From the human T2T-CHM13v2.0 reference genome, Homo sapiens, in the NCBI RefSeq assembly GCF_009914755.1, contig NC_060926.1: 64,000 nt of DNA; one strand, written 5' to 3'. Positions within the stretch are counted from its first letter, which is position 1. The number at the start of each line of letters is the position of its first letter. The notes below the pieces were generated by a model. It was not told the origin of the DNA. It saw nothing but the letters and a program-made list of their open reading frames with translations, and did not search any database. The position numbers and the translations under genes were made by a program. This document shows positions 26,586 through 36,977 of this stretch, in pieces.

Positions 26586-28113
26586 CCAATCAATTGTGCT
26601 TCCCAATTTGGCTTTCCAAGTTTGACAACTGGGATGAAATATCCAGAAAGAATTTGTCCTTATTTTCTTTCTCTGTCACTACCTAATGTGGTTTATACAA
26701 TATATAATTTTGTTTCCTTCCTTCTCTAACCCTCAAAGTGGAAATTCCCACTATTGTGGGAATTTCAACAGCTGTACGTATGAGGAGGAAGGTCACATTT
26801 TGGCAGGCATTAATTTACACCACACGGCAAATACTGTCGGACATGGTGGAAGAATTCCTGGCCTTGCTTCCAGTAGACCTGATTTTGAATATTGCCTTAT
26901 ATACACATTAGAGTAAATCATTGCACCTCTATGAACTTCACTTTCCTTATCATTGCAATAAATACAAAATGAGCTATCATTTAAGGAAATCTTTTGCAAA
27001 TGATCAAGAAGACATAATTATTTCATCATTTTTATTCCACTGATCATAAGGTTCTCCTGCATTAGGTGGTGGTCTGGGGTTCCCTGTATACAATCTGGGG
27101 TCATGAAATTCACCTCCTTTCCTACCCTCCTTTGCCACCTGGAGGAATCTTCTCAACTTGTGCCCTCTGTGAGGACTCTCCCCTGTTTTCATCCACTGGC
27201 ACTGTGCTTTTCCTTTGGCCCTGGCCATGTGATTACTTGTAGGAGGATGCTTCCAAGGCCTCTGAGAGTATCAGTAAAAGTGCTAACCCTGTCACCCTCC
27301 ACTGTTCTTGTTTCTTGGGTTGTATTCATTTTATTAGCAAAATACACAGGCCTAGTGAAATGTAATAGACTTCTACCTCCAAAGATAATTAGAAGCCCAT
27401 TTATTTGCCAATTCAATGAAAAGGCAACCACAAAAGGAAACCAGCTTTTATCAGCACATGCTCACAGCTCAGATCCCTGTGGTGTTGTGCTGCTCTGGCA
27501 CTTGTGAAAAAAATAAATCCTGGGAAAACTAGGTTGCATTACGCTTCCTGTTAAACACAGAAAAGAAACAGCTGATGTCTGAATTTGCTAATTTCTGCTG
27601 ATTCAGTTAGAGGGCAATGCACTCAGCTAACGAGGGATCTATCCAGGTATGTGAATTAAGGCTTGAAAAGAAAGTGTAGGTTGTAATCAGTGCATCCAGC
27701 ACTGAGTTGGAATCATTATTTAGTGAGCATTTTCCAAAGAAATTAGAAAAGATTTCCAAGCTTAACAGAGCTTTCTGGATTCTTCCTTCTCATGGACATA
27801 ATATAACAAAAATACAATCCCCTGCCCCTCCTTCAATCCTGGGATTTTAAGCAATGCTCAAGTGACCTTGTTTTCATGTTCTGTGGAAATAAGGTAGATA
27901 CTGTTATCTCACCTGTATTAATACAGAACTCTGTATAACAAAGAAGTTGTAATTTATCAAAGGTCACACAGTGAGTCATTGCTGTAATCACAAAGCAAAT
28001 GTTCAGGTTCTCATCTCCTTGGCAGCAAATGTTTTGTTCTCTAGGTTAGACTATCTTCTCTAAACTCTCATCATATGCCACTGCCTTCCCCTGCTGGTCT
28101 ATCTCCAAGAAAG

Positions 28114-28115
<2 letters not shown>

Positions 28116-28159
<44 letters not shown>
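28116..28159. repeat. (CA)n microsatellite
   Basis: About 22 CA units. Confidence 0.98.
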
Positions 28160-28162
<3 letters not shown>

Positions 28163-28230
28163 TTACCTATTCATCCCATCCCTCCCCTATCCTCCCAACT
28201 ATCCACCCACTAGTCATCATCCATCCCATC

Positions 28231-28411
28231 TAGGATTGTCAGTTTTAAGAAAATCAAGACACCCAGTGAAATTTCAATTCAGATAAACAACAAATAATAC
28301 TTTAGTATAAGTCCCATGCAATACTTAGGACACATTTTTTCTGAAATATCATTCACCATTTATTTTACATTCAAATTTCACTGGATGCCTGTATTTTATC
28401 TGGCAAACCTA
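28231..28411. mobile_element. MER53 palindromic hAT MITE
   Basis: TIRs taggattgtcag / ctggcaaaccta; core 'agataaacaacaaataatactttagtataagtcccatgcaatacttaggacac'; 8-bp TSD atcccatc / atccgatc. Confidence 0.9.
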
Positions 28412-28569
28412 ATCCGATCACAAATGTCTACATCTTTTCCATTTATCTCCTAATTCCATGACTCTTTCAACTGCTTTTCTCCTTTAACTCCTATTATTTC
28501 AGATTTCAGCTAAACAAACTACAACCTATTTTCCCAGTGTTTCCAAACCTGTCCCGAGGCAGAGATGAT

Positions 28570-28795
28570 TGTAAAGAGCCCCTCAGGAGCACTTATTTGT
28601 GGTTTCTAGGCTGAAGGCTGGCTGTGCAACTTTGGGTAAGTATTGTAATATCTCTAAAGGTCACTTTCCTTGTCTGTAAAATGAGGGTTTCAACAGTTAC
28701 TATCTCATAGTCCTGTGGTGAGGACTAAATGACAATGCACAGTCCCTAGCACATAGTATGAGCTCATTAAAGTGGCATTAAATGTCAGCTAGTGT
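28570..28795 (+). mobile_element. MIR
   Basis: 'gctgtgcaactttgggtaagt...tttccttgtctgtaaaatgaggg...cctagcacatagtatgagctcattaa'. Confidence 0.8.
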
Positions 28796-29001
28796 GGTTG
28801 GGGTTGCTGCTCTTACGTTTATTGTCATTTTTTAGATAAGAACATGCCTAGAGAGCTGAAATTAGTTGTTGATGTTTACTTAGTGACAGTGCTGCTAAAT
28901 ATTCAAGGGATAGATTCTGAGACTCTACTGCAAATGTCAAATGCAATGTTTAAATTCAACATCTTAGACCTACATCACTTGAAGACCAATTTGGCAGACA
29001 C

Positions 29002-29535
29002 TGTTATTCATTTACCCAATTGCCATTCCCATTGCTTCATTTCTTCCTTGCTGGAAGAGCTTCAGTTTTAGAAAGTGCCTCTGCCCAGCCACATGTGTGT
29101 GCTGGGAAATGGTCTCCTTCCCAACCCACGCAAGGACTTGTTATCATGTGATTGGTTTATGCATGGATTTGTGACCCCTCCCTGGCCAATGGGCCCCGAG
29201 GTATGCTGAGGGTCTTCTGGAAAAGATTTTTTTCTTGGTAATAAAAATATGTGCATGGGAAAACATCCTTTTCTGCTCTGGATGGGACCACGTCAAAGCA
29301 TAATTCTTGAAACTACCACAGTCAACTTGTTACCAGGAAAGGAGAGTTCCCCAATACCCTGAACATGGCAAAGTAGACAAGGAAAACATGTGTGTTGTTG
29401 GGGATTGTCAAGCTACTAAATTTTCCTTGGAACTGACTTGACTTTAGATTTCTTATTTTGTGAAATAATAGTTCCTTTTTCTGTTTAAGCATTCTTGATC
29501 TATCACCTGTGACTGAAAGCTCCCAAACTGATGCA
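29002..29535 (+). mobile_element. MLT1 (J/K-like) MaLR LTR relic
   Basis: 'catgtgattggtttatgcatggatttgtgacccctccctggccaatg', 'ttttctgtttaagc...tgactgaaagctcccaaactgatgca'. Confidence 0.65.
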
Positions 29536-30487
29536 AAACTTCTAACTACATAGGAAAGAGATGAATTCAATGGTGATCACTTTCCTTTGGATCTCTGCAA
29601 AACTACATACCTACTCAACATATTTTTGGATATAATTTCAGGTAAGAGAACATCTTTCACCTCAAACATCTGATTTCCTAAACTGTTTGTGAGCCATTTG
29701 CCTTTTGTGCAAGGGTTTCTGAGCATGTAGCTCTGGCTTGGTAAGCAGCCCTCTCCACAAGAGTTTTGGAAAGAGATTTTCTCCTAGGAAACTGCAAAGA
29801 AAACTGCTTCTTGCTCAAAAAGAGGGCTTCTCCTAGGTGCATAGAAATCTGGGTTCTTTGAACAGCTCCATGAACTTATTACACTGCTTCCAAATTTAGC
29901 TTCTTTCCAATGAATTCCTTTTATGTCACACAGACATATGTACACATGTATTTATTTCCTGTGAACAAGTGTTTGTTGAGTTTGTTATCAGCTTTCTGCT
30001 AGGTCTTGGAGGCAACAAAAATATGCAAAGAAATTGACCTCAAGTTGATCACCTTTTCTTTGGAAAGATATATTAATAATAACAATAATAATAATAATAA
30101 TACAAGCTTATTAATTTAAAGTTTAAAAATGTTTTCAAATACACTATCTTATACTGGGCAGGACTTAATAAAGTTCCAAATCTGATAAAGTATATATTAC
30201 ATGGACTAACCATATAAAAACAATATATTTTGTGCCAATACTTAAGGCACATATCAGTAATTTTCAGTTTTCACAGGGCATCAAAATCACTGAGGAAAAC
30301 CTGCTAAAAGTATAGTAGGAGCTTGATTCAGGAGGTCTTAGGGGAGAGCAGAAATTTGCTTACCTGTTTTTCAAAAAGTGTGCATATGATTCTGATGCAG
30401 ATGTTTCATAGACCGTGTATTGAGGGACACAACCATAATAATCTAAATTATTAGCCAGGAACTGGTGAGTCCAGTGTTGGCTTAAAG

Positions 30488-30898
30488 CACTGGTTCTCAA
30501 AGTGTGGTCTCTGAATCAGTAGTGCAAGTATCCACTGGGAACTTATAAGAAGTATTCAAATTCTTTTTTTCCTTCTTTTCTTTTTCTTTTTCCTTTTTTT
30601 TTTTTTTTTTTTTTTGATACAGGGTCTCAGTATGTTGTCCAGGCTGTTCCTGAACTCCTGGGCTCAAGTTATCCTCCTGCCTTGGCCTCCAAAATTGCTA
30701 GGATTACAGGCATGAGCCACCATGCTTGGCCTTTTTTTCCTCTTGTTAATTTTTTTCGGAGGGATTTGAGAAATGTTTAAATTCTTGGCCTTATCCCAGA
30801 CCTGATAAATCAGAAATTCTAGGAGTGAGGTCCAGCAATATATATTTTAGCAATCTTCCGGGTGATTCTGATGCATGCGAAAAGATTAAAAAATGCTG
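30488..30898. mobile_element. MER5A interrupted by a FLAM (a second MER5-like relic lies at ~30255-30432)
   Basis: 'cactggttctcaaagtgtggtc...ggaacttataagaa' and 'ccagacctgataaatcagaaattctaggagtgaggtccagcaat...ggtgattctgatgcatgc'. Confidence 0.85.
30563..30731 (-). mobile_element. FLAM_C / AluJ left monomer with long T-rich tail
   Basis: 'gatacagggtctcagtatgttgtccaggctg...gaactcctgggctcaag...catgagccaccatgcttggcc'; single monomer. Confidence 0.9.
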
Positions 30899-31084
30899 AC
30901 TTAAATATCTGGTAAATACCCCTGGAGGAAGAAGAACTTGAGATATACTTGGTACAATTTGGATAGGATGAAAAAACTGAGAAAATCACTCCCCATCAGC
31001 TGTTACCCATCCGAGGCAGGAAGGGAGTCACGAGTAGGGTGCATAAGGCACTTGTTAGAAGGAGCCTGGCCTGACACAAGAGTA

Positions 31085-32830
31085 TTGAAAACCAAGGGTT
31101 GCCTTACCATGCCCACCCACTGACTGGCATGGCATTATTTGCCTGGAGTTTAGGAGCCTTTTCTGGGATCTTTTACATCGGTTGCTTCTTGGGTATACCT
31201 TCAGATTTGGTACAGACTAGTTGCTTCTCTGCCAAATCAGATACTGTGGTGAACTTTTTTGGGGTGTTTAGGAGCCCCCCTGGACAATCTTTCTTTTGAC
31301 TCATCCTTCTCTAGCTGAGGATGATACCACTGGGTACAAGAGGCGTGAAGACAGCTTAATAAAATCATTTTGTTTCTCCATTTTGTACTTCTGCAAGGAA
31401 GGGATTCTTTTCAGTAAGACCCTGAAAAGGCTTTCAACATGAGGCCCAATGGTGAGTGAGCTCAAATAGCTATTGTTATTTTGATCATCACTTCCAAGAA
31501 CTGCGGGGTTCTTTGGTTGGGTTAACTCAGACTAACATCTTCCACGGCATTCTCTTTGGTCAAGCAGTTCTGGCTTTATGAGTATTGGGTGACTTCTCCT
31601 GTGGAGCTCCTCCATAGAGAACTTAGAAATGGATTTTTTTTCCAGGCAGAAGAAATGGTAAACTTCACAGGTTTTGTAGCAAGTATTAACATACCCTTAA
31701 TGAGGTCTTGGGAGCCTTCACCTGGCTGGGTTTCTTGGCTTTATTTAGAGAAGCTGGGCCTCTTGGAGGGGACCAGCTACCAAGATTGTTTTCAAACCTG
31801 CTTCTCTCAGCATAGTACTTACAGGACTTGACAAGACCTGTTGCCAATCTTCAGGGTTTTCCAAGGTCTCGTAACAGGGTCTGGGAGGCAGCCACTCTTC
31901 AGAACTCTTTCATCTTCAGAAGAGCTTTCTGACACTGAGGTGATTTTGGCTGATGTCCAGGCTTCCCCAAGACCTGGACAAAATGTCTGGGAGTCAGCTG
32001 CTCCTTGAACCCACTGTACTTTTCACAAGCACTCTCTAAACCTGAGGAGACTTCTTGCTTGTCTTCAGGCCTCCCCAAATGACTGAAAAGAATATCTCAT
32101 AGGAAGCAGCTTCTAAAGAATCTCTTCTTCAATATCAGTGCCCTCCAAACATGAGAAGACTTGGTGCTGGACATGAGGCCTCCACAAAGATTTGGAAAGA
32201 TGAATTAGAGGCAGTTTGGAGGTGCACAAATGCACCCAAACTTGAGATCTGCCATCCTCTGAACCTCATAAAAGACTGGGAAGGACCCTTGGAAGGCAGC
32301 ATCTTTTCTGAAATGCACCCCATGACAGACAGCAGCACTCTCTGGACCTGAGGAGATTTGTTGGAATTTATTTTTCACCAAGGATAAGGCACCCCACAAT
32401 AGCAGTCATCTCTTCAGAGATCTGCAGTCTCTGAGAACCTTCAGAGACTGAGTATTTGCCTTTAGGCCCCCACTATGGCTGGGAAGGGAATCTTGGAGGC
32501 TCCACACAAATGCCTCCCTCAACAGCAGCACTCTCTGCACTTGAGGAGATTTGCAGGACTTTAGGCTCTGTCAAGGACTGGAAAGGCTATTGGGGGAACT
32601 GTGGCTCTGCAGAAATGCCCCCTTCACTAGCAACACCCACTGAGCCTGACAGTACTGCTGCCCAGAATTAGGTCTCACCAAGGGCTGGGAATGAAGTCTG
32701 GTGGAAAGTAGATCCAGAGAAATGCTCCTCTCGACAGCAGGGCTCTATGGGCCTGGGGAGGCTCCTGGCTCCACTGTTGGCCTCCCTAGGGGCTGAGGCC
32801 ACCCGGGCTGGAAGGCAGTCCTCTTTTTAA
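31085..32830 (-). pseudogene. KIAA1210: Decayed KIAA1210-like (CRACD family, acrosomal/testis protein) coding sequence; may extend to ~33010-33210
   Basis: Hand translation through stops and frameshifts: QSLTEPKVLQISSSAESAAVEGGICVEPPRFPSQP; SKSLWRPHVQHQVFS..KLLPMRYSFQS/GRPEDKQEVSSGLESACEKYSGFKEQLTPRHFVQVLGKP; ATKPVKFTI; VESLFRVLLKRIPSLQKYKMEKQNDFIKLSS; AEKQLVCTKSEGIPKKQP. These are collinear with KIAA1210 as I recall it ([109 protein letters not shown]). The symbol names the parent gene, not this locus. Confidence 0.85.
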
Positions 32831-33245
32831 ACCCTGCACTGGAAGAAGCACTCCACCTTTGCTTTATGTCACACTGTTGAATACTTACAATTGAGTCAAG
32901 GATATAAAAGAGGCTGAGGAGACTACGTTTGTCCAGCCATGAAATAGGCCAGTTAAGCTGCAGCCTAGAGAGAGCAGCACTCTCTCTTCCCTGGGAAGCA
33001 CCCAGAGGACAGAATGAATGGGTCGCAGCATGACTACTGCTGCTGCTTCTCTCACCACTTATTCTGAAAATCATCTGTGGTAGGAAATGCAGCCTTGGAT
33101 TCTGCAGGCTCTCCCCAGCATTGCTCACGTTAGGACTATTGCAGCTTGAGTACCATTTTGTTCCTCAGAGCAGCATCCTGAGATTTGTGTATGCACAACA
33201 AGTAGTGAATTTACAGTGCAAATTATTTATGTTGCTAACAAATTA

Positions 33246-33430
33246 CAGTCATCCCTCAGTATCCACAGGGGATTGGTTCCAGGAAACATACATACACACA
33301 CACACACACACACATACACATACACACACACACGCACAGAGTTACCAAAATCTGTGGATGCTCAATTTCCTTACATAAAATACATAGTATTTGCATGTGT
33401 GAAACCTGCAGATACAGCCAATCGCGCGTG
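33246..33430. mobile_element. MER2-like (Tigger-derived) MITE, internally deleted, with (CA)n insertion
   Basis: ta|cagtcatccctcagtatccacaggggattggttccagga ... taccaaaatctgtggatgctcaa ... gaaacctgcagatac. Confidence 0.8.
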
Positions 33431-33595
33431 TGTGTGTGTAAATTATATATATATACACACACACACATATATACATAGACTAGTCTCTTATGAAGGTAAA
33501 TCTATAATATGAATAGAAGACGTATTATGATACTGGTACTTTTTAAACAGCTTTTACATGGATTATTGTGTTAAATTATTAAAACAACCCTAAGG

Positions 33596-33811
33596 TAGGG
33601 CTTTTCAGCCTTGGCGCACATTTGGGGACTAATGATTATCTGTTGTGGAGGCTACCCTGTGCGCTGTAGAATATCTAGTAGCATCTCTGTTCTCTATCCA
33701 CTGGATGCCAGCATCCTCCTCATCCCCACCTCCAGTTGTGAAAACCCAAAATGTGTCCGAATATTGTCAAAATCCCTTGGAGGAAAAATTTGCCTCCATT
33801 GAGAACCACTG
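33596..33811. mobile_element. MER20 inserted into a MIR (~33530-33950)
   Basis: 'ccactggatgccagc...ccagttgtgaaaacccaaaatgtgtccgaatattgtcaaaatccc...ttgagaaccactg'; 8-bp TSD ccctaagg / ccctaaga; MIR resumes with 'tgaggaaactgaagctt'. Confidence 0.9.
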
Positions 33812-36139
33812 CCCTAAGAGGAAGGCCCTTTTTTACATATGAGGAAACTGAAGCTTAAAGTGATTAAGTATTTGCCCGAGTTCAGGCAGTTATCAAGGAC
33901 AAGAATCAGGATTTAAATCCTGTCTATAGAGACTAAGTTCTCAACCAACATTCTTTATGTCACAGAATTATAATGTCTTCTAATATCCAATGTTCTACCA
34001 AGTCACTCAAGATACACCCAGCAGCCTCGCGGTCTTTGATTGCTAATGGGTAAGTAGAAGATTTTGCATTTCCAGTTGCCAAGATCACTGGAAGGCTTGA
34101 CATCAGGTCACACATGTCTGTACCTCCTTCCAAAATGTTAGGAACTGTGAGACCCTCTTTAATGTTGTTTCTCTCTTGGGTTGGAGGTGGGGTGTCTAAT
34201 TTTCTCTCACCCAGAGAACATTTTTAACAACCTGAGTGAGAGGAGGATGACTTTGCTCTCACTCTGTGCTGAACAAGGTCACTGAACTAGGTTTATCCTC
34301 CCTATTTAATGTCTGATGACTCACTTCCTAAGATCTTAAATGCTTTTTATGCTACAGGTGCTGTAAAGATTATGGAGTTGGTGTTTGCCAAGTGTCTAGA
34401 GATCTTGAATGCATCATTCTTCTACAGGGCTTTTCCTTCATTTGCCAACCAGAAAGAACATAAAACTAGTAGGTGTAACTCCCTAATCAAAACCAGTGTG
34501 TAAAAAGGCTCAGACATTTGGCTTTATAAGGCGCTATCAAATACCACCCTTACTTCTCAAATTGTGTTGAGTTCTATGTAAAGAGAAAAGTATATCCAAG
34601 TTAGCGAATCCAAAATGACAACAGTCACTTGTTCTTTGTTCAGGACTTCTTGAACCTTATTGAATGGATTGCTGGCTCTTTAAGATTCTATGCCTCTCAA
34701 AACAGAAGCTTTTGTTTGGCTTAATGTTTCTGGGTAATTGCATCAGTGGTAATGCATTATGCTCTGAAAATATGCTATATCTACTTCTCAAATCCTAGCT
34801 TAGTAAACGGCTTGTACTTCTTGTTTCAAACGCATTTTCCTTCTAGCCTACAATTGCCAATGCTTTATTCATTATAGGCTTATTAATTAAATGTGTGCAT
34901 TACCTCATCAAGTTTGTATTTACCATAAACTGGCAAGATATGTAATTGTCATTGATAAGCTGGTGGCAAGTAGAGAGTTACAAAAGCCACACACATCCTG
35001 CATTTACTGTTAAAATTCTACTTATCCCACCTATAAGGTCACAATCTCAATTGAAAGGCTGAACAATTTTGTTTCAATCTCTCCAGTCAGCCAAATTCTG
35101 GCCAATGACTTTTGTTTGAAAGGTATTTATGCCTCCTTAATAAATGTTATGTTAACTCATTAGGGTTAAGAATTTGGTTTAAATTTTCTGGAGGTATTTT
35201 TAACCAGTTTGATGAATGTGTGGATGATTAATGGAGAGGGATGTAGGGAGAGAAAACAGGGAACACAGAGACCAAGCTTGTTTTGGCCCTGACAGCACCT
35301 ATTTCTCAACCCTCCAGACATGCATTTCTTGACTCCATGATGTTGTATGGGGCCTCTCTGCTACTTTCTTTCAGTCTACACTGCCTATATTTCACAAGAG
35401 CCAACAGAAATCATGTGGTCGGCACAACAGGTAAAGCAGTGTACTCCGGCAACCATTGTTCTGACGACACATGGCAGCATCCAGTCTCTCACTGTTCAAG
35501 TGGGCGCTCCACGTGGACCTGACCCAGCCAGGACTGCTCCTTCCATTAGTGACTTGAAAACCGTGGGAAAACTCCAGTACTGTTCATTCCATGGAATGCT
35601 TCAAGGAGAAGTCTCTGGCTGAGAAGAATTATATGTTGTCTTTTATGAATAAACAAACATAAGGGACCAGTCCCAAGACTGCCAGGACATTAGCAAAGGT
35701 CCTTGGTGGGAAGGATTTATAATGAATTGAGTGGAAAATACATGGAGCTGTTAGTTTGAGACTCAGTCCTGTATATTCTCCCTTGCTCCTTTCCCAAGTA
35801 GGTAAGTAGGCCTTTCTGCTCTGCTGATTGGGGGGAATTTTTATTGCCATCAGAGAGAAGTTGCTGTAAGAAAATTCTTGTTGCCTTTGGTTTGCTACAT
35901 GCCTGAACTCCTCGTGGCATATAGAAAACCAAAGATGACAAAAGCAAGGGAAAGGGAGAACTGAAGATCAGGAGAGAAAGATGGAGAAGATTCTACCCCT
36001 ATCTCCACCCTGGTTGTGAAGCAGATACTTTCTTTGAGAAGCGAGACCTCTGCCCCATTCCTCAGTAGAGCCACCTACAGGTGGCAGAGCCTCTAGACTT
36101 TCTTGGGAGGAAATGAAGTGTTGGAATGAAGAACATCAA

Positions 36140-36385
36140 GTGCTTTGATGAACAGTATAGACTCTGAAGCCAGTCTGCCTTGGTTCAAATCCCAACTCAC
36201 CATTGTGAGACCACTGGGCCTTGTTCTACTTAATTCTTTTTGCCTTGGTTTAGTTATCTGTGCAGTAGCAATATTTTTTTAAAAATCTCATGGAGTACAT
36301 GGGAGAATTAAATGAGTGAATTCATGGAAGATATTTAGGACAATGCCTGGCACATAGTGAGTCCTCTAGAAATAGTAACTTCTAT
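36140..36385 (+). mobile_element. MIR
   Basis: 'agactctgaagccagtctgccttggttcaaatcccaactc...ggacaatgcctggcacatagtgag'. Confidence 0.8.
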
Positions 36386-36977
36386 TTTTTATGTTCAAAA
36401 CCAATAAATAGCTCCATGATCAAGTTTGGCATAAAATCAACAGAGGCTCTTGCCTTCAAGGCTCCTCATGCACTTGAATAGGAGAGATATTGTGGCTACC
36501 ATGTTGGACTGGAGACAAGACAGTCTTTTTTACTTTATCTGAGAACCATGTTAGTCTCCAGAATTTTAGAGAAGCAGAGTCCCCACCTCAGATAATCCAG
36601 AGTTTGAATTTGCCAGAAATTGTGAAGGATGGAGGGCAAATCCAATATTTGTAATTTGAGGAAAAGAAAAACAAATGTGGCACATCTTGCACATTTGAGT
36701 TTTATTGCAAATTTCTCACCGATCCACTACCAATGTCATCTGCCTATTTCTTCTTTATACAAAACAAATTCAGGATATCCATGAAGATATTTATTGGCAC
36801 AGCCAACCTAATTACAGAAACCTCTGATAATCCAGACCAATGCAATCCACTAAATGAGTTTAAGTGGGATTGAGAAAGGTTTTTTTCTAGGAAGGAGAGA
36901 GTCAAATGGTGTAAGGTAGAAAATAAAGGCCATTCACAGCAGTGTTAAAGGTGAGAAAGAATGGGTGAGAGGACAAT

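Noticed and set aside
31556-32671. Plus-strand ORFs at 31556, 32151 and 32456
   Set aside because: Antisense shadows of the minus-strand KIAA1210-like relic
32745-33128. 127-aa minus-strand ORF as an intact gene
   Set aside because: Non-ATG start; only its last ~25 codons resemble the KIAA1210-like repeat before a stop; treated as part or flank of the pseudogene
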